From: Candidatus Omnitrophota bacterium
GTDB taxonomy: Bacteria; Omnitrophota; Gorgyraeia; Gygaellales; Profunditerraquicolaceae
NCBI GenBank assembly: GCA_017992455.1
Contig: JAGOOP010000007.1
Location: 2,335-66,334, forward strand
Length of the DNA stretch: 64,000 bases
Reading direction: 5' to 3'
Positions within the stretch are counted from its first letter, which is position 1; every line of letters starts with the position of its first letter. The position numbers and the translations under genes were made by a program. Under the pieces are notes generated by a model. The model saw only the letters and a program-made list of their open reading frames with translations, was not told the DNA's origin and did no database searches. Positions 1 to 9,560 of the stretch are shown here, one piece after another.

Positions 1-80
1 CTGATCCATGGCGCGCACAAAGCCGCGCAGCTGAAGAGAACGATGATCGCCAGTCCCCAGAAAAGATATGGATTTTTCAT
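1..80 (-). CDS. ABC transporter permease, OppC/DppC-like (first 26 codons only; gene runs off the window start)
   Basis: Not in ORF track because it is truncated. Reverse-strand ATG at 80 reads MKNPYLFWGLAIIVLFSCAALCAPWI. This is a TM helix ending in the APWI motif usual at OppC/DppC N-termini. It starts 4 nt after the stop of the OppB-like gene. Confidence 0.5.
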   Translation of the reverse strand, partial: MKNPYLFWGLAIIVLFSCAALCAPWI

Positions 81-83
81 GAC

Positions 84-1055
84 CTATTTATACCGTATGC
101 GCGGGTCAACGTACGCATAGCTGATATCCGCGATCAGATTCCCCGTAACGGTCAACAGCGCCCCGAGCACCACCTCTGCCATGATCAAAGGAATGTCCCG
201 CGCCATCACCGCCTGAAAGAACAACTGTCCCAGTCCCGGAAGCGCGAAGATCGATTCGAATATGACACTGCCGCCCAGAAGCCCTGGTATGGAAAGCCCC
301 ACGAGCGTCACGATCGGCAGAAGCGCGTTGCGCAGGGCGTGTTTATACACGACCGCGGTTTCGGGCAATCCTTTGGCGCGGGCAGCGCAGATGTACGGCT
401 GGCGCAATGCCTCGAGAATGCTCGACCGCATATACCGCGACACCACCGCGATGCCTCCGATCGACGAAACGAACACCGGCAGCAGCAAATGCCGGGAGAT
501 ATCGAGGAATTTGTGCAGTGGCGTGAAATATTCGAAATCCATGGAATGCAGCCCCGATATGGGCAGCCACCCGAGCCGGATGCACAACAACTGCATGAGC
601 AATAACGCAAGCCAGAACGCGGGCACGGAAAGCATGACAAAAGAGGAAAAAGCCGTTGCGGTATCGAACGCGCCTCCTTCTTTTACCGCAGCCTTGATCC
701 CGACGGGAATCGCGATAAGGAACACGAACAGCAAAGAAAGCACGTTGATGCCGACCGTCACCGGCATGCGTTCAAGGATCTTCTGCGCAACAGGCCTGTT
801 ATCGATGAAAGACCGGCCGAAATCGAAGCGGACGAAGCTTTTGAGCCAGAGCACATACCGCACCGGCACGGGCTTATCGAGATTGAACGCCTTGTTCAGC
901 CGCGCCTGGTAATCCGCAGACACCTTCGGGTTCATTGCCTGGTCAAGGGACGAGAATTTGCCCGGCGCGAGGTTTATGATCCCGAAGCTGATAATGGTCA
1001 CGCCTAAAAGCACGGGGATCATGCCCAGCAATCTTTTAAAAAAGTAGTTGATCAT
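84..1055 (-). CDS. ABC transporter permease, OppB/DppB-like
   Basis: Track ORF 84..1481 is over-extended into the upstream SBP gene. Internal ATG at 1055 gives MINYFFKRLLGMIPVLLGVTIISFGIINLAPG, the canonical OppB/DppB N-terminus. The product is 323 aa and multi-TM, with the conserved loop ARAKGLPETAVVYKHALRNALLPIVT. Confidence 0.85.
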   Translation of the reverse strand: MINYFFKRLLGMIPVLLGVTIISFGIINLAPGKFSSLDQAMNPKVSADYQARLNKAFNLDKPVPVRYVLWLKSFVRFDFGRSFIDNRPVAQKILERMPVTVGINVLSLLFVFLIAIPVGIKAAVKEGGAFDTATAFSSFVMLSVPAFWLALLLMQLLCIRLGWLPISGLHSMDFEYFTPLHKFLDISRHLLLPVFVSSIGGIAVVSRYMRSSILEALRQPYICAARAKGLPETAVVYKHALRNALLPIVTLVGLSIPGLLGGSVIFESIFALPGLGQLFFQAVMARDIPLIMAEVVLGALLTVTGNLIADISYAYVDPRIRYK

Positions 1056-1077
1056 ATTCTTTGAACCGCTTTCGGCG

Positions 1078-2706
1078 CTACTGCGCCATCCGGTATTTCT
1101 GCTCAGGACCGGGCACCCACCAGTCGATAAAATTATACCCGATGCCTGCCGCAGACGGCCGGACCTCTTGGAACCGGTTATGGAGCGCTGAGAGGCTTTC
1201 CGCAGTATAGAGGAACATATACGGCTGTTCATCGTATATGATCTTATGCACGCGGTGATAGATCTTCTGCCTGTGCGCCTGGTCGAAAATACGCCTGCCT
1301 TCGACGAGCAATCGGTCCACCTCTTCGTTGCTGTATCCGATGAAGTTGAACTCTCCCTGTTTGGTCTTTCCCGAAAACCAGACATCGTAAATATCCGGCT
1401 CGCGGGCGACAGACCAGCCCAGCAGTATTGCCTCGAAATTCCTGCGGTCGATGTATTCGGACAGAAAAACGCTCCACTCAACGACCTTGATCTTCATCCT
1501 GATGCCGATATCCTTGAGCCTGCGCTGGATGATCTCCGCTGCCTTCTGCCTTTGCTCATTGCCCTGATTGGTAACCAGGGTGAACTCAAAAACACTGCCG
1601 TTCTTATCCAGCCAGCCGTCTTTGTCCGTATCTTTCCATCCGGCGTTGGCCAGGATCTGTTGTGCTTTCTGCGGGTCGAACCCGGCCGGCACGACATCGT
1701 GATTATACGCCCATGACTGCTCAACGAACGGCCCGGTCGATACCTGCCCGTAGCCGAGCAGGACCACATCGATGATCTCTTTTTTATCCACAGCCATGTT
1801 CAAGGCCTGCCGCACCCTTATATCGGCAAATCTCGGGTCATTCAGGTTATAGCCGACATACGTATAATTGAACCCGGGCAGGCGGAATTTGCGGAAGTGT
1901 TTTTTGAAAAACGTCGTATCGGTCTGACGGCTGAACTGCAAAGGAGTCAACCCTGCAGAATCGATACCCTGCGTCTGCAGTTCCAGGAATATCGTTGATT
2001 CATCAGGGATGACCCGGGTGATCGCGCGGTCTATATACGGCCGGTGCTCGAAATAACCGTGATGTGAGCGCAATTCTATTTTTTCCTGCACTTTCCATTG
2101 CTTGAACACATACGGCCCTGTCCCGACGGGCTTACGGGAAAACCCTGTTGTATTGAGATCCTGGCCGTCGAGCAGGTGCTTGGGGATAATGGACATTCCC
2201 CAGCTTGCCAGGCCCGGCGCGAACGGTTCTTTATACGTCACCCTGACCGTATGATCGTCGAGGACCTCAAGGGACTTCACCCGCTCGAAATCGCCTCCAT
2301 AAGGAGTGCGTACATCAGGATCGATCATCTTCCGGTAGGTGAACTCGACATCGGCCGCAGTAAAAGGATAGCCGTCCTGCCAGCGGACGTTTTTTCGCAG
2401 ATGAAAAACAATAACGACCCCGTCCTCGAGAATATCCCAGGATTCAGCCAGGTCTCCGGTAAGATTGAGATCCTTGTCGTACTTCACCAGTCCGTTAAAG
2501 ATCATGCCGCTGATTTCAGCCGATGCCGAATCGGACGCAAGCATGGGCAGGAGATTGCGCGCGTCGGCGATAGAAGCGCTGACGATCGCGTCGCCGTATT
2601 CCCGGGCGCATACAGGCGGTATTGCCAGAAACAAAAAAACTACCAGCAAAGCTGGTAGTTTTTTCGATCCCTTGAGGTTCACAGATATCCGCTGTTTCAA
2701 ACCCAC
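1078..2706 (-). CDS. ABC transporter substrate-binding protein, family 5 (peptide/nickel type)
   Basis: 542 aa with a signal peptide (LPALLVVFLFLAIPPVCA). Sequence is OppA/DppA-like throughout. It lies directly upstream of the two permease genes. Confidence 0.85.
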   Translation of the reverse strand: MGLKQRISVNLKGSKKLPALLVVFLFLAIPPVCAREYGDAIVSASIADARNLLPMLASDSASAEISGMIFNGLVKYDKDLNLTGDLAESWDILEDGVVIVFHLRKNVRWQDGYPFTAADVEFTYRKMIDPDVRTPYGGDFERVKSLEVLDDHTVRVTYKEPFAPGLASWGMSIIPKHLLDGQDLNTTGFSRKPVGTGPYVFKQWKVQEKIELRSHHGYFEHRPYIDRAITRVIPDESTIFLELQTQGIDSAGLTPLQFSRQTDTTFFKKHFRKFRLPGFNYTYVGYNLNDPRFADIRVRQALNMAVDKKEIIDVVLLGYGQVSTGPFVEQSWAYNHDVVPAGFDPQKAQQILANAGWKDTDKDGWLDKNGSVFEFTLVTNQGNEQRQKAAEIIQRRLKDIGIRMKIKVVEWSVFLSEYIDRRNFEAILLGWSVAREPDIYDVWFSGKTKQGEFNFIGYSNEEVDRLLVEGRRIFDQAHRQKIYHRVHKIIYDEQPYMFLYTAESLSALHNRFQEVRPSAAGIGYNFIDWWVPGPEQKYRMAQ

Positions 2707-2715
2707 TTCGGTCTC

Positions 2716-3150
2716 TTACTTAAGCTCTCCCTGACGCGGTTCAGGAGCGCTGCGCGTCTTAAGGGCTGGCTGCTCGGCAGGCTGTTGAGCCGGCTGGGTA
2801 ACAGCCGGCATTGGCTCAACCGGCGCTGACTGCGCCGCTGACGGAACCGCCTGTTCAGCCGCAGGCACTGCAGGAGTTGACGGGGCGCTTGCCGGCGCAG
2901 AACGGTATCCTTCAAGCAAAGATTTGCTCCGGTGCACTGACATAGCAGCCAGAGCCAGGCACGTGATGAAGAACACGACGGCGCTGTATGTGGTCGCCTT
3001 GGTCAGGAAAACGCTCGTCTTGGTGCCGAACATATTCTCAAGGCCGGAAAGGTTCTCCACAAACCCGCCGCCTCTGCCCCGCTGGACCAGGACAATAGTG
3101 ATCAACAGAACGCACGCGATAACATGGATCGTAATAACAAAGCTCATCAT
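2716..3150 (-). CDS. secG: preprotein translocase subunit SecG with Pro/Ala/Gln-rich C-terminal extension
   Basis: The N-terminal ~75 aa (LLITIVLVQRGRGGGF...FGTKTSVFLTKATTYSAVVFFITCLALA) matches SecG. The remaining ~70 aa is low-complexity and P/A/Q-rich. Confidence 0.75.
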   Translation of the reverse strand: MMSFVITIHVIACVLLITIVLVQRGRGGGFVENLSGLENMFGTKTSVFLTKATTYSAVVFFITCLALAAMSVHRSKSLLEGYRSAPASAPSTPAVPAAEQAVPSAAQSAPVEPMPAVTQPAQQPAEQPALKTRSAPEPRQGELK

Positions 3151-3160
3151 ATGTTCACCT

Positions 3161-3934
3161 TTATTTCTTTACCTTTGCCGCAGTTGCGACGATCTGTGCA
3201 AAGGAATCAACCTTCAGGCTCGCTCCCCCAACAAGCGCTCCGTCCACGTCGGGTTGACGCATCAACTCTTCTATGTTTTCCGGCTTCACCGAGCCGCCAT
3301 ATTGGATCCTCATACGCGACGCAACATCCTTGCCGAACAGCTTTGCCAGGGTATTGCGGATATACTGGTGCGCTTCCTGCGCCTGGGCAGGCGTTGCGGT
3401 CTTGCCTGTGCCGATGGCCCACACCGGCTCATACGCGATCACGATCTTCTCCGCTTCGTCTGCGGTAAACCCCTTGAGGCCGTTGGTCAAATGGTCATCG
3501 AGCACCTTGAACGTATTGCCTGCCTCGCGCTCGGCGAGCATCTCTCCGCAGCACATGATCGGCGTCAGGCCGTGGCCAAGCACCGCTTTGATCTTTTTAT
3601 CGACCGTTTCATTGGTTTCCGAAAAGAACTGCCTGCGCTCGGAATGGCCGATGATCACGTATGCGCAACCCGCATCCTTGAGCATTTTCACTGAAACTTC
3701 TCCGGTGAACGCTCCCTCGTCCTGCCAGTATGCGTCCTGCGCTCCCAGCGCTATGTTCGAATTCGCCACAACCTCGGCAACCTCGCTCAATGCGGTATAT
3801 ACCGGGCATACGACAATATCGACATCTCCGGCATTTACCTTGAAAAGTTCCCTTTTTAACCCATTGGCCAGTTCAATGGCCTCAGTGATCGTTTTATATA
3901 ATTTCCAATTCCCTGCAATGATAGTCTTGCGCAC
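3161..3934 (-). CDS. tpiA: triosephosphate isomerase
   Basis: MRKTIIAGNWKLYKT..., IIGHSERR and AYEPVWAIGTGKTA motifs. Confidence 0.95.
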   Translation of the reverse strand: MRKTIIAGNWKLYKTITEAIELANGLKRELFKVNAGDVDIVVCPVYTALSEVAEVVANSNIALGAQDAYWQDEGAFTGEVSVKMLKDAGCAYVIIGHSERRQFFSETNETVDKKIKAVLGHGLTPIMCCGEMLAEREAGNTFKVLDDHLTNGLKGFTADEAEKIVIAYEPVWAIGTGKTATPAQAQEAHQYIRNTLAKLFGKDVASRMRIQYGGSVKPENIEELMRQPDVDGALVGGASLKVDSFAQIVATAAKVKK

Positions 3935-3942
3935 GTATTCTC

Positions 3943-5121
3943 CTATTTATCAGACAATGCGGCAATGCCCGGAAGGGTCTTTCCCTCCAGGAACTCAAGG
4001 CTTGCTCCGCCGCCTGTTGAAATATGCGTCATCTTGTCCTGTAATTTGAACTTTGCAACCGCTGCCGCAGTATCCCCGCCGCCTATGATCGTTACTGCTT
4101 TGACGCCGGCAAGGAACTTTCCCACTGCTTCAGTGCCTTTGCTGAACGCGTCCATCTCGAAAATGCCCAGCGGCCCGTTCCATACGACTGTTTTAGCCGT
4201 AGCCAGTTTCTTGTTGAACAATTCGATTGTCTTGGGCCCGACATCCACCGCTATCTTTCCGTCAGGGATATCCTGGCCGACGACCTGCGTTGCTGCTTTC
4301 GGATCAACCGTATCGACCACAACATGGTCGATCGGAAGCACGATCTCTTTTTTCAGCGCCTTTGCCTTATCCAGAAGACTCTTGGCCAGATCCACTTTAT
4401 CTTTTTCAAGCTTTGAATTGCCGATCATTTTGCCCTGCGCCTTGAGAAACGTATACGCCATGCCGCCGCCGATGATGATCGCGTCGCATTGAGGCAAAAG
4501 ATTCTCGATCACGCCGATCTTATCCGACACCTTTGCCCCGCCCAGGATGACCATGAACGGCTTTGCGGGATTAGCCACCGCATCCCCGAGGTATTTGATC
4601 TCTTTTTCAAGCAAAAGCCCTGCGCCGGACTTGAGGAATTTATTCACGCCCGCAGTCGAGGCATGCGCGCGGTGCGCTGTGCCGAACGCGTCATTGACGA
4701 AAACCTCGCCTAAAGAAGCGAGCTGCTTTGCGAAATTCGCGTCATTGCCTTCTTCTTCTGCATGGTAGCGCAAGTTTTCAAGCAAAACAATCTTCTCTGA
4801 AGCGCCTGCGACACCCTTTACGCCGTCGCCGGCACAATCATCGAAAAACTTCACTTTTTCGCCTGTCAACTGTTCAAGTCTGGCAGCAACCGGCTTTAAG
4901 CTGTATTTATCAACGCGCTTTCCGTCCGGCCTGCCCAGATGCGACATGAGAACGATCTTTTTCGCGCCTTTTTCCAAAATAAACTTGATGGTCGGCACTG
5001 TTTCGCGGATGCGCGTATCATCGGTGATCGCCAACGAAGCATCAAGCGGAACATTGAAATCAGCCCGCATAAGAACGGTCTTATTTTTCAGATCAAGGTC
5101 TTTAACGGTCATTTTAGCCAT
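3943..5121 (-). CDS. pgk: phosphoglycerate kinase
   Basis: 392 aa with VLMRADFNVP, SHLGRP and FEMDAFSKGT motifs. Forms the pgk-tpiA-secG arrangement. Confidence 0.95.
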   Translation of the reverse strand: MAKMTVKDLDLKNKTVLMRADFNVPLDASLAITDDTRIRETVPTIKFILEKGAKKIVLMSHLGRPDGKRVDKYSLKPVAARLEQLTGEKVKFFDDCAGDGVKGVAGASEKIVLLENLRYHAEEEGNDANFAKQLASLGEVFVNDAFGTAHRAHASTAGVNKFLKSGAGLLLEKEIKYLGDAVANPAKPFMVILGGAKVSDKIGVIENLLPQCDAIIIGGGMAYTFLKAQGKMIGNSKLEKDKVDLAKSLLDKAKALKKEIVLPIDHVVVDTVDPKAATQVVGQDIPDGKIAVDVGPKTIELFNKKLATAKTVVWNGPLGIFEMDAFSKGTEAVGKFLAGVKAVTIIGGGDTAAAVAKFKLQDKMTHISTGGGASLEFLEGKTLPGIAALSDK

Positions 5122-5174
5122 AATTACCCCCTCTTTTCATGGAAGTAATAATATATAGCATTTTGGGGATTATG

Positions 5175-6890
5175 TCAAAGGATTTTGGAACCTGAAAGTT
5201 CCTGGAACACTACGCATGAGGGAGAGAGAGAAATAACCGAATCCGCCTGATCAAGCACTGACTGCCGGTGAGAAACAAAGATCACTGACCTGCCTTTACT
5301 CCAGGATCGCAATGCTTCGAATATCCTGTCTTCGGTCACAGAATCAACCGATGCGGTCGCCTCATCGAGCACCAAAATATCCGGTTCCCTGACCAGCGCG
5401 CGGGCAATAGTCAGGCGCTGTTTCTGGCCGTGCGACAGCCGGCAGGCGTCCTCTCCGATGACTGTATCGTACCCCTGCGGCAAAGCAAGAATATCGTCAT
5501 GGATACAGGCGATCCTGGCTGAACGCTCAACCGCCTCATCCGACACACCCTTCACTCCGCAGGCAATATTGCTCCGCACCGTGTCATCGAACAACAGCGG
5601 CTGCTGCGAGGCAATGGCAATGCGCCTGCGCAATGACGCAACACGGATATCCTCCAGAGCTATCCCGTCCAGAAGGATATTGCCTGACCATGGCTGATAC
5701 AACCGCAGAAGCAGGTTCAGAACCGTTGATTTGCCGCATCCGGAAGGCCCGGTAATGCCGGTCATGGAATGCGCGGGTATGATAAACGAAAGGCCTTTGA
5801 GGACCGGTCTGTCCTTTTGATACCCGAACGTGACATTCCTGACCTCGACAGCGCCGTTGAGACTGCCGATCGCGCGCGCGCCCGGATTGTCGACGGCCGG
5901 CACAGGCGCGTCCATGATGTCAGAAAATTTCGAAAAAGACACGCTTTCTTCGACGCAATACCTCCACCCCGCTCCTGCGGAACTGAACAATGCGCCAATC
6001 TGGGTCAAGTAGATCATCACTGCCGTGTAACTGCCAAGCGTCACCTCGCCTTTGATGATCAGCCAGCCGCCGTAGAGCGTGATCGCCCCGTAAATGAACT
6101 TGGACAGGAATGACGACAGCAACGAATCGACCTGGAGCCAGCGGAAATTCTTTGCCTTCCAGTGCAGGTTTTCGACGAGCGCGCGCATGAACGCCCGCCT
6201 CCGGGACTGTTCAAGCCCGAGCGCCTTGATGATATACATCCGGGATAGCGATTCGAATACCCTGCGCGACAGCAACGCCCCTGATTCCCAGAGACGGCTG
6301 AATACCGGCCGGATGCGCTTCTGCACGTACATGCTGCGCAGAAGAAACAACGGGCTTAACAAAAGCATGAAGACGGTCAACCGCGCGTTCACGATCGTCG
6401 CGATCGCAAGTATGATCGCGATCTGGATAACATCCACGAACATCCTCGGGATATGCTCGGTCAAGAAGAACGCCGTCGTCTCGATATCGAAAAAACGATA
6501 TATCGTCTCGCCCGAAGACAAAGACTGGAAAAACGGCATATCGAGGTTAAACAGTTTCCTTAAAAACCCTCCCGCAAGCCGTAAGCGCACCTGAACCGCG
6601 ATCCTGTTCACGAGAAATTCCCCCGTCAGCTTCACAAGCGCGCTGAACAAGAAGATAGAACCGCCGGCGATCGAAAGGCGCACGAACGCCTGCCAGTCCT
6701 TGTTCAAAAAAGCGTCGTCAATAAGATACCTGGAAAAGAACGGGGCTGTAAGGAAGAATACGCTTGATACGAGCTCAAGGGCGGATATGGCGAAAATCTG
6801 AGTGCGGAACTTGTTGATAAGCGGGATAAAAGAGATCCCGGGGAATAACTGTTTATTCTTTGGTCGTTCTTTCATACGGGATACCGTCAT
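5175..6890 (-). CDS. ABC exporter, fused permease/ATPase (MsbA-like type I exporter)
   Basis: 571 aa. N-terminal six-TM domain, then Walker A GPSGCGKST, signature LSHGQKQR and Walker B ILVLDEATAS. Confidence 0.85.
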   Translation of the reverse strand: MTVSRMKERPKNKQLFPGISFIPLINKFRTQIFAISALELVSSVFFLTAPFFSRYLIDDAFLNKDWQAFVRLSIAGGSIFLFSALVKLTGEFLVNRIAVQVRLRLAGGFLRKLFNLDMPFFQSLSSGETIYRFFDIETTAFFLTEHIPRMFVDVIQIAIILAIATIVNARLTVFMLLLSPLFLLRSMYVQKRIRPVFSRLWESGALLSRRVFESLSRMYIIKALGLEQSRRRAFMRALVENLHWKAKNFRWLQVDSLLSSFLSKFIYGAITLYGGWLIIKGEVTLGSYTAVMIYLTQIGALFSSAGAGWRYCVEESVSFSKFSDIMDAPVPAVDNPGARAIGSLNGAVEVRNVTFGYQKDRPVLKGLSFIIPAHSMTGITGPSGCGKSTVLNLLLRLYQPWSGNILLDGIALEDIRVASLRRRIAIASQQPLLFDDTVRSNIACGVKGVSDEAVERSARIACIHDDILALPQGYDTVIGEDACRLSHGQKQRLTIARALVREPDILVLDEATASVDSVTEDRIFEALRSWSKGRSVIFVSHRQSVLDQADSVISLSPSCVVFQELSGSKIL

Positions 6891-6891
6891 A

Positions 6892-7695
6892 TCATTTCAT
6901 AGAATCAGGCAACGCATCCGCAATCCGGGCGAAATCCGAAAGGCCCAGCTTTTCGGACCTAATATGCGGATCAATGCCTGCCGACGCGAATATGTCCGCG
7001 AGCGCACCCCCGGATACGATGTTTTTAAGGCAATTCCTTATCTGTTTACGCCTTTGCTGGAATGACGCGCGGATGATCCTGAAGAATAATTCCTCATCCG
7101 TAATAGATACAGCCGGTTTTGGCCGCACGGCAAGCTTTAAAAAACAGGACTCGACTTTCGGCTGCGGATAAAAACACCCGCGCCTGATCACAAATTCGAT
7201 CTTAGGCTCTGAGTAATACTGAACAAAACAACTGAACGCGCCGTAATGCTCACTACCCGGCTGGGCGACGACACGCTGCCCGAACTCCTTTTGCACCGTA
7301 AGATATATCGCTGATATCCTGTTGCGGAAAGAGACTAGATGTTCGATAATAGGAGAGGTGATGTAATACGGGATATTGCCGACAACCTTGAGCTTGTGCG
7401 ACGGCGGGATAGACACGGCAGAAAGGTCATATTTCAAGAAATCTGCATTAATAACGGTTACCCGGGGATCTCCCTGAAACCGTCCCGACAGCTCAGCGCT
7501 TAATGCGCGGTCCACTTCCACAGCGATCAGCCGTTTTACTTTCGGGGCTATCAGTTCGGTCAGAGCGCCCTGGCCCGGGCCGATCTCGAGGACCGTGTCG
7601 CGTTCTGAAAGATCGCACGCGGCAATGATCTTCCTGCGGATATTCGGGTCCTGAAGAAAGTTCTGGCCTAGGCTTTTCTTTGGTTTTGCACGCAT
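6892..7695 (-). CDS. rsmA: 16S rRNA (adenine1518/1519-N6)-dimethyltransferase
   Basis: KKSLGQNFLQDPNI and VLEIGPGQGALT SAM motifs. Downstream of pdxA, as in the surA-pdxA-ksgA operon. Confidence 0.9.
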   Translation of the reverse strand: MRAKPKKSLGQNFLQDPNIRRKIIAACDLSERDTVLEIGPGQGALTELIAPKVKRLIAVEVDRALSAELSGRFQGDPRVTVINADFLKYDLSAVSIPPSHKLKVVGNIPYYITSPIIEHLVSFRNRISAIYLTVQKEFGQRVVAQPGSEHYGAFSCFVQYYSEPKIEFVIRRGCFYPQPKVESCFLKLAVRPKPAVSITDEELFFRIIRASFQQRRKQIRNCLKNIVSGGALADIFASAGIDPHIRSEKLGLSDFARIADALPDSMK

Positions 7696-8612
7696 CGCAA
7701 AGCAAGGTTGACAGCTGCGCGTAATGATGCCGGGTCTGCTTTATGTTTCCCTGCTATGTCGAATCCGGTGCCGTGAAGGGGCGAAGTCCTGACGAACGGC
7801 AGGCCGAGCGTCAGGTTCACTCCGGTCCGGTCGCCGGTCAGTTTAAGCGGGATCATCGCCTGGTCATGGTACATCGCAAGAACGCAATCGTACATGCCTG
7901 CGGCTGCCTTTGTAATCGCAACATCAGCACCGAGAGGGCCGCTGACCCCGGGGAACCGGCAGGACCGGATGGCAGGACAGATAACTGTATTCTCCTCATT
8001 GCCGATAACGCCGTTATCCGAACCGTGGGGATTGATGCCGAGGACAACGATCTTCGGTTTTCGTATGCCGAACAACGTGCGCAGCGCATCATGGGTCGTG
8101 CGCAGGGTCGAGCATATGTTCCGGCTGTTCAGCTTCCTGCTGACCGCTGCCAGAGGCACGTGCCTGGTCACGAGGCTGAATTTTAAGCAATCATTCACCA
8201 GCATCATGACAACATCAGGCCGGTGAGCCCGGGCCGCGAAATATTCCGTATGTCCGCTGTACGGGTATCCTGCCTTATGCACCGCCTCTTTCGAGATCGG
8301 GCCGGTGACGAGGCAGTCGATCTCTCCTGCGCCAAGCAGGCCCATTGCTGCGTCAAGATATTCTATCGACGCCTTGCCGTTTTTTGCGGATATTTTTCCG
8401 AATACAAAACGACGGCGATCCGCGTTTGCCAGGTCCACGAATTGAAAAGGCAGGCGAAAATTTCTTCTGCCTGCCGCCTTATCGAACACGTTCCTGTCGC
8501 CTATTACAACATACCGGACATTCCTGCTGTCCTTCAGGCCGGCGCCGGCAATGATCTCGGGCCCGATGCCTGCCGGGTCCCCCATGGTGATAGCGACCCT
8601 GATCTTATTCAT
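7668..8612 (-). CDS. pdxA: 4-hydroxythreonine-4-phosphate dehydrogenase
   Basis: Start moved to the ATG at 8612 (MNKIRVAITMGDPAGIGPEI). It forms an ATGA overlap with the stop of the upstream surA-like gene. C-terminal FVRTSPLHGTGFDIAGK motif present. Confidence 0.9.
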   Translation of the reverse strand: MNKIRVAITMGDPAGIGPEIIAGAGLKDSRNVRYVVIGDRNVFDKAAGRRNFRLPFQFVDLANADRRRFVFGKISAKNGKASIEYLDAAMGLLGAGEIDCLVTGPISKEAVHKAGYPYSGHTEYFAARAHRPDVVMMLVNDCLKFSLVTRHVPLAAVSRKLNSRNICSTLRTTHDALRTLFGIRKPKIVVLGINPHGSDNGVIGNEENTVICPAIRSCRFPGVSGPLGADVAITKAAAGMYDCVLAMYHDQAMIPLKLTGDRTGVNLTLGLPFVRTSPLHGTGFDIAGKHKADPASLRAAVNLALRCVQNQRKA

Positions 8613-9547
8613 TGCGCAGGGATTTCCTCGTGTGCGTCCATTATCTTGATATACGCTTTTTTCTTGAGCTGATCGAGCCATTCGACCATGCGTTCCTGCA
8701 TCTTTTTATCAAGCAGCATGCGGTTGATGGCATTCTGCGCCTCGATCAGTTCCTGTTTGTATCCGGGGATGATCCTCAAAAGCTTGAATACGTAATACGC
8801 ATTATCTATCTTCACCGCATCCGAAACGCCGTCGAGATGCAAAGCGAACACGACATTCTCGATCTCAGCTTTCAGTTCCCCGCCTTTTTTTGCAGTGAAC
8901 GTGTTCGGCTTTACCGAGTGCTCCACCGCAGCCGCTTCGACGACCTTTCCGGCTTTCAGGTCCTGGGAAACCTTCCGGGCGCGATCCTCGTCCTCTATGA
9001 CGATCGAGACGAATTCCCTCTGTTCCGGAACGGAGAACTGCGCCGGATTCGCTTCATAATATTCGGTGATCTCCGACGGCTTGACGACGATCTTGTTCTT
9101 GATCTGCGATTCGATGATCTCATAGGTCATCATCTGGTCCCGCATCTTCTGCTCAAGGTCCGATTCCGTCACCCCCTGCATGAGGAGGAATTCCTGGAAC
9201 TCCGCTTCCGAAGAATGGGCGCGCTTGAGCTCGATGATCTTCGCCTTGATGCGGTTCTTGTCGACGATCACATTGTTCTTTTTCGCTTCCTGCAGGATCA
9301 ACCGGTCCTCGACGAGCCGCTGCAGAAGGTCCTGTTTCATGGTATCGATCTGCTGTTCCACGCGGTCCTGCGACTGGTCACGGGCCAACTGCACGCGCAT
9401 AAAGCTGATGAACCCGTCAAGGTCCTTCTGGGTGATGATCTCATTATTGACGACGGCAACGACCTTATCCTGGCCGAGGCATACGCACGGCAATCCCGCG
9501 CACAAACAGATCATGGATAACGCTCTGACGGCTATTTTTATCAACAT
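8609..9547 (-). CDS. surA: periplasmic chaperone / parvulin-type PPIase, SurA-like
   Basis: Signal peptide MLIKIAVRALSMICLCAGLPCVCLGQ, a SurA_N-like helical region and one degenerate parvulin domain. The ATG at 9547 is preceded by GGCGGGAG. The track start at 9577 is a GTG overlapping mfd. Synteny with pdxA-rsmA supports the call. Confidence 0.7.
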   Translation of the reverse strand: MLIKIAVRALSMICLCAGLPCVCLGQDKVVAVVNNEIITQKDLDGFISFMRVQLARDQSQDRVEQQIDTMKQDLLQRLVEDRLILQEAKKNNVIVDKNRIKAKIIELKRAHSSEAEFQEFLLMQGVTESDLEQKMRDQMMTYEIIESQIKNKIVVKPSEITEYYEANPAQFSVPEQREFVSIVIEDEDRARKVSQDLKAGKVVEAAAVEHSVKPNTFTAKKGGELKAEIENVVFALHLDGVSDAVKIDNAYYVFKLLRIIPGYKQELIEAQNAINRMLLDKKMQERMVEWLDQLKKKAYIKIMDAHEEIPAQ

Positions 9548-9560
9548 TCGAGCTCCCGCC

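Noticed and set aside
1056-1481. N-terminal 142-codon extension of the OppB-like ORF (track entry 84..1481)
   Set aside because: It overlaps the 3' end of the substrate-binding protein gene in another frame. The canonical permease N-terminus begins at the internal ATG at 1055.
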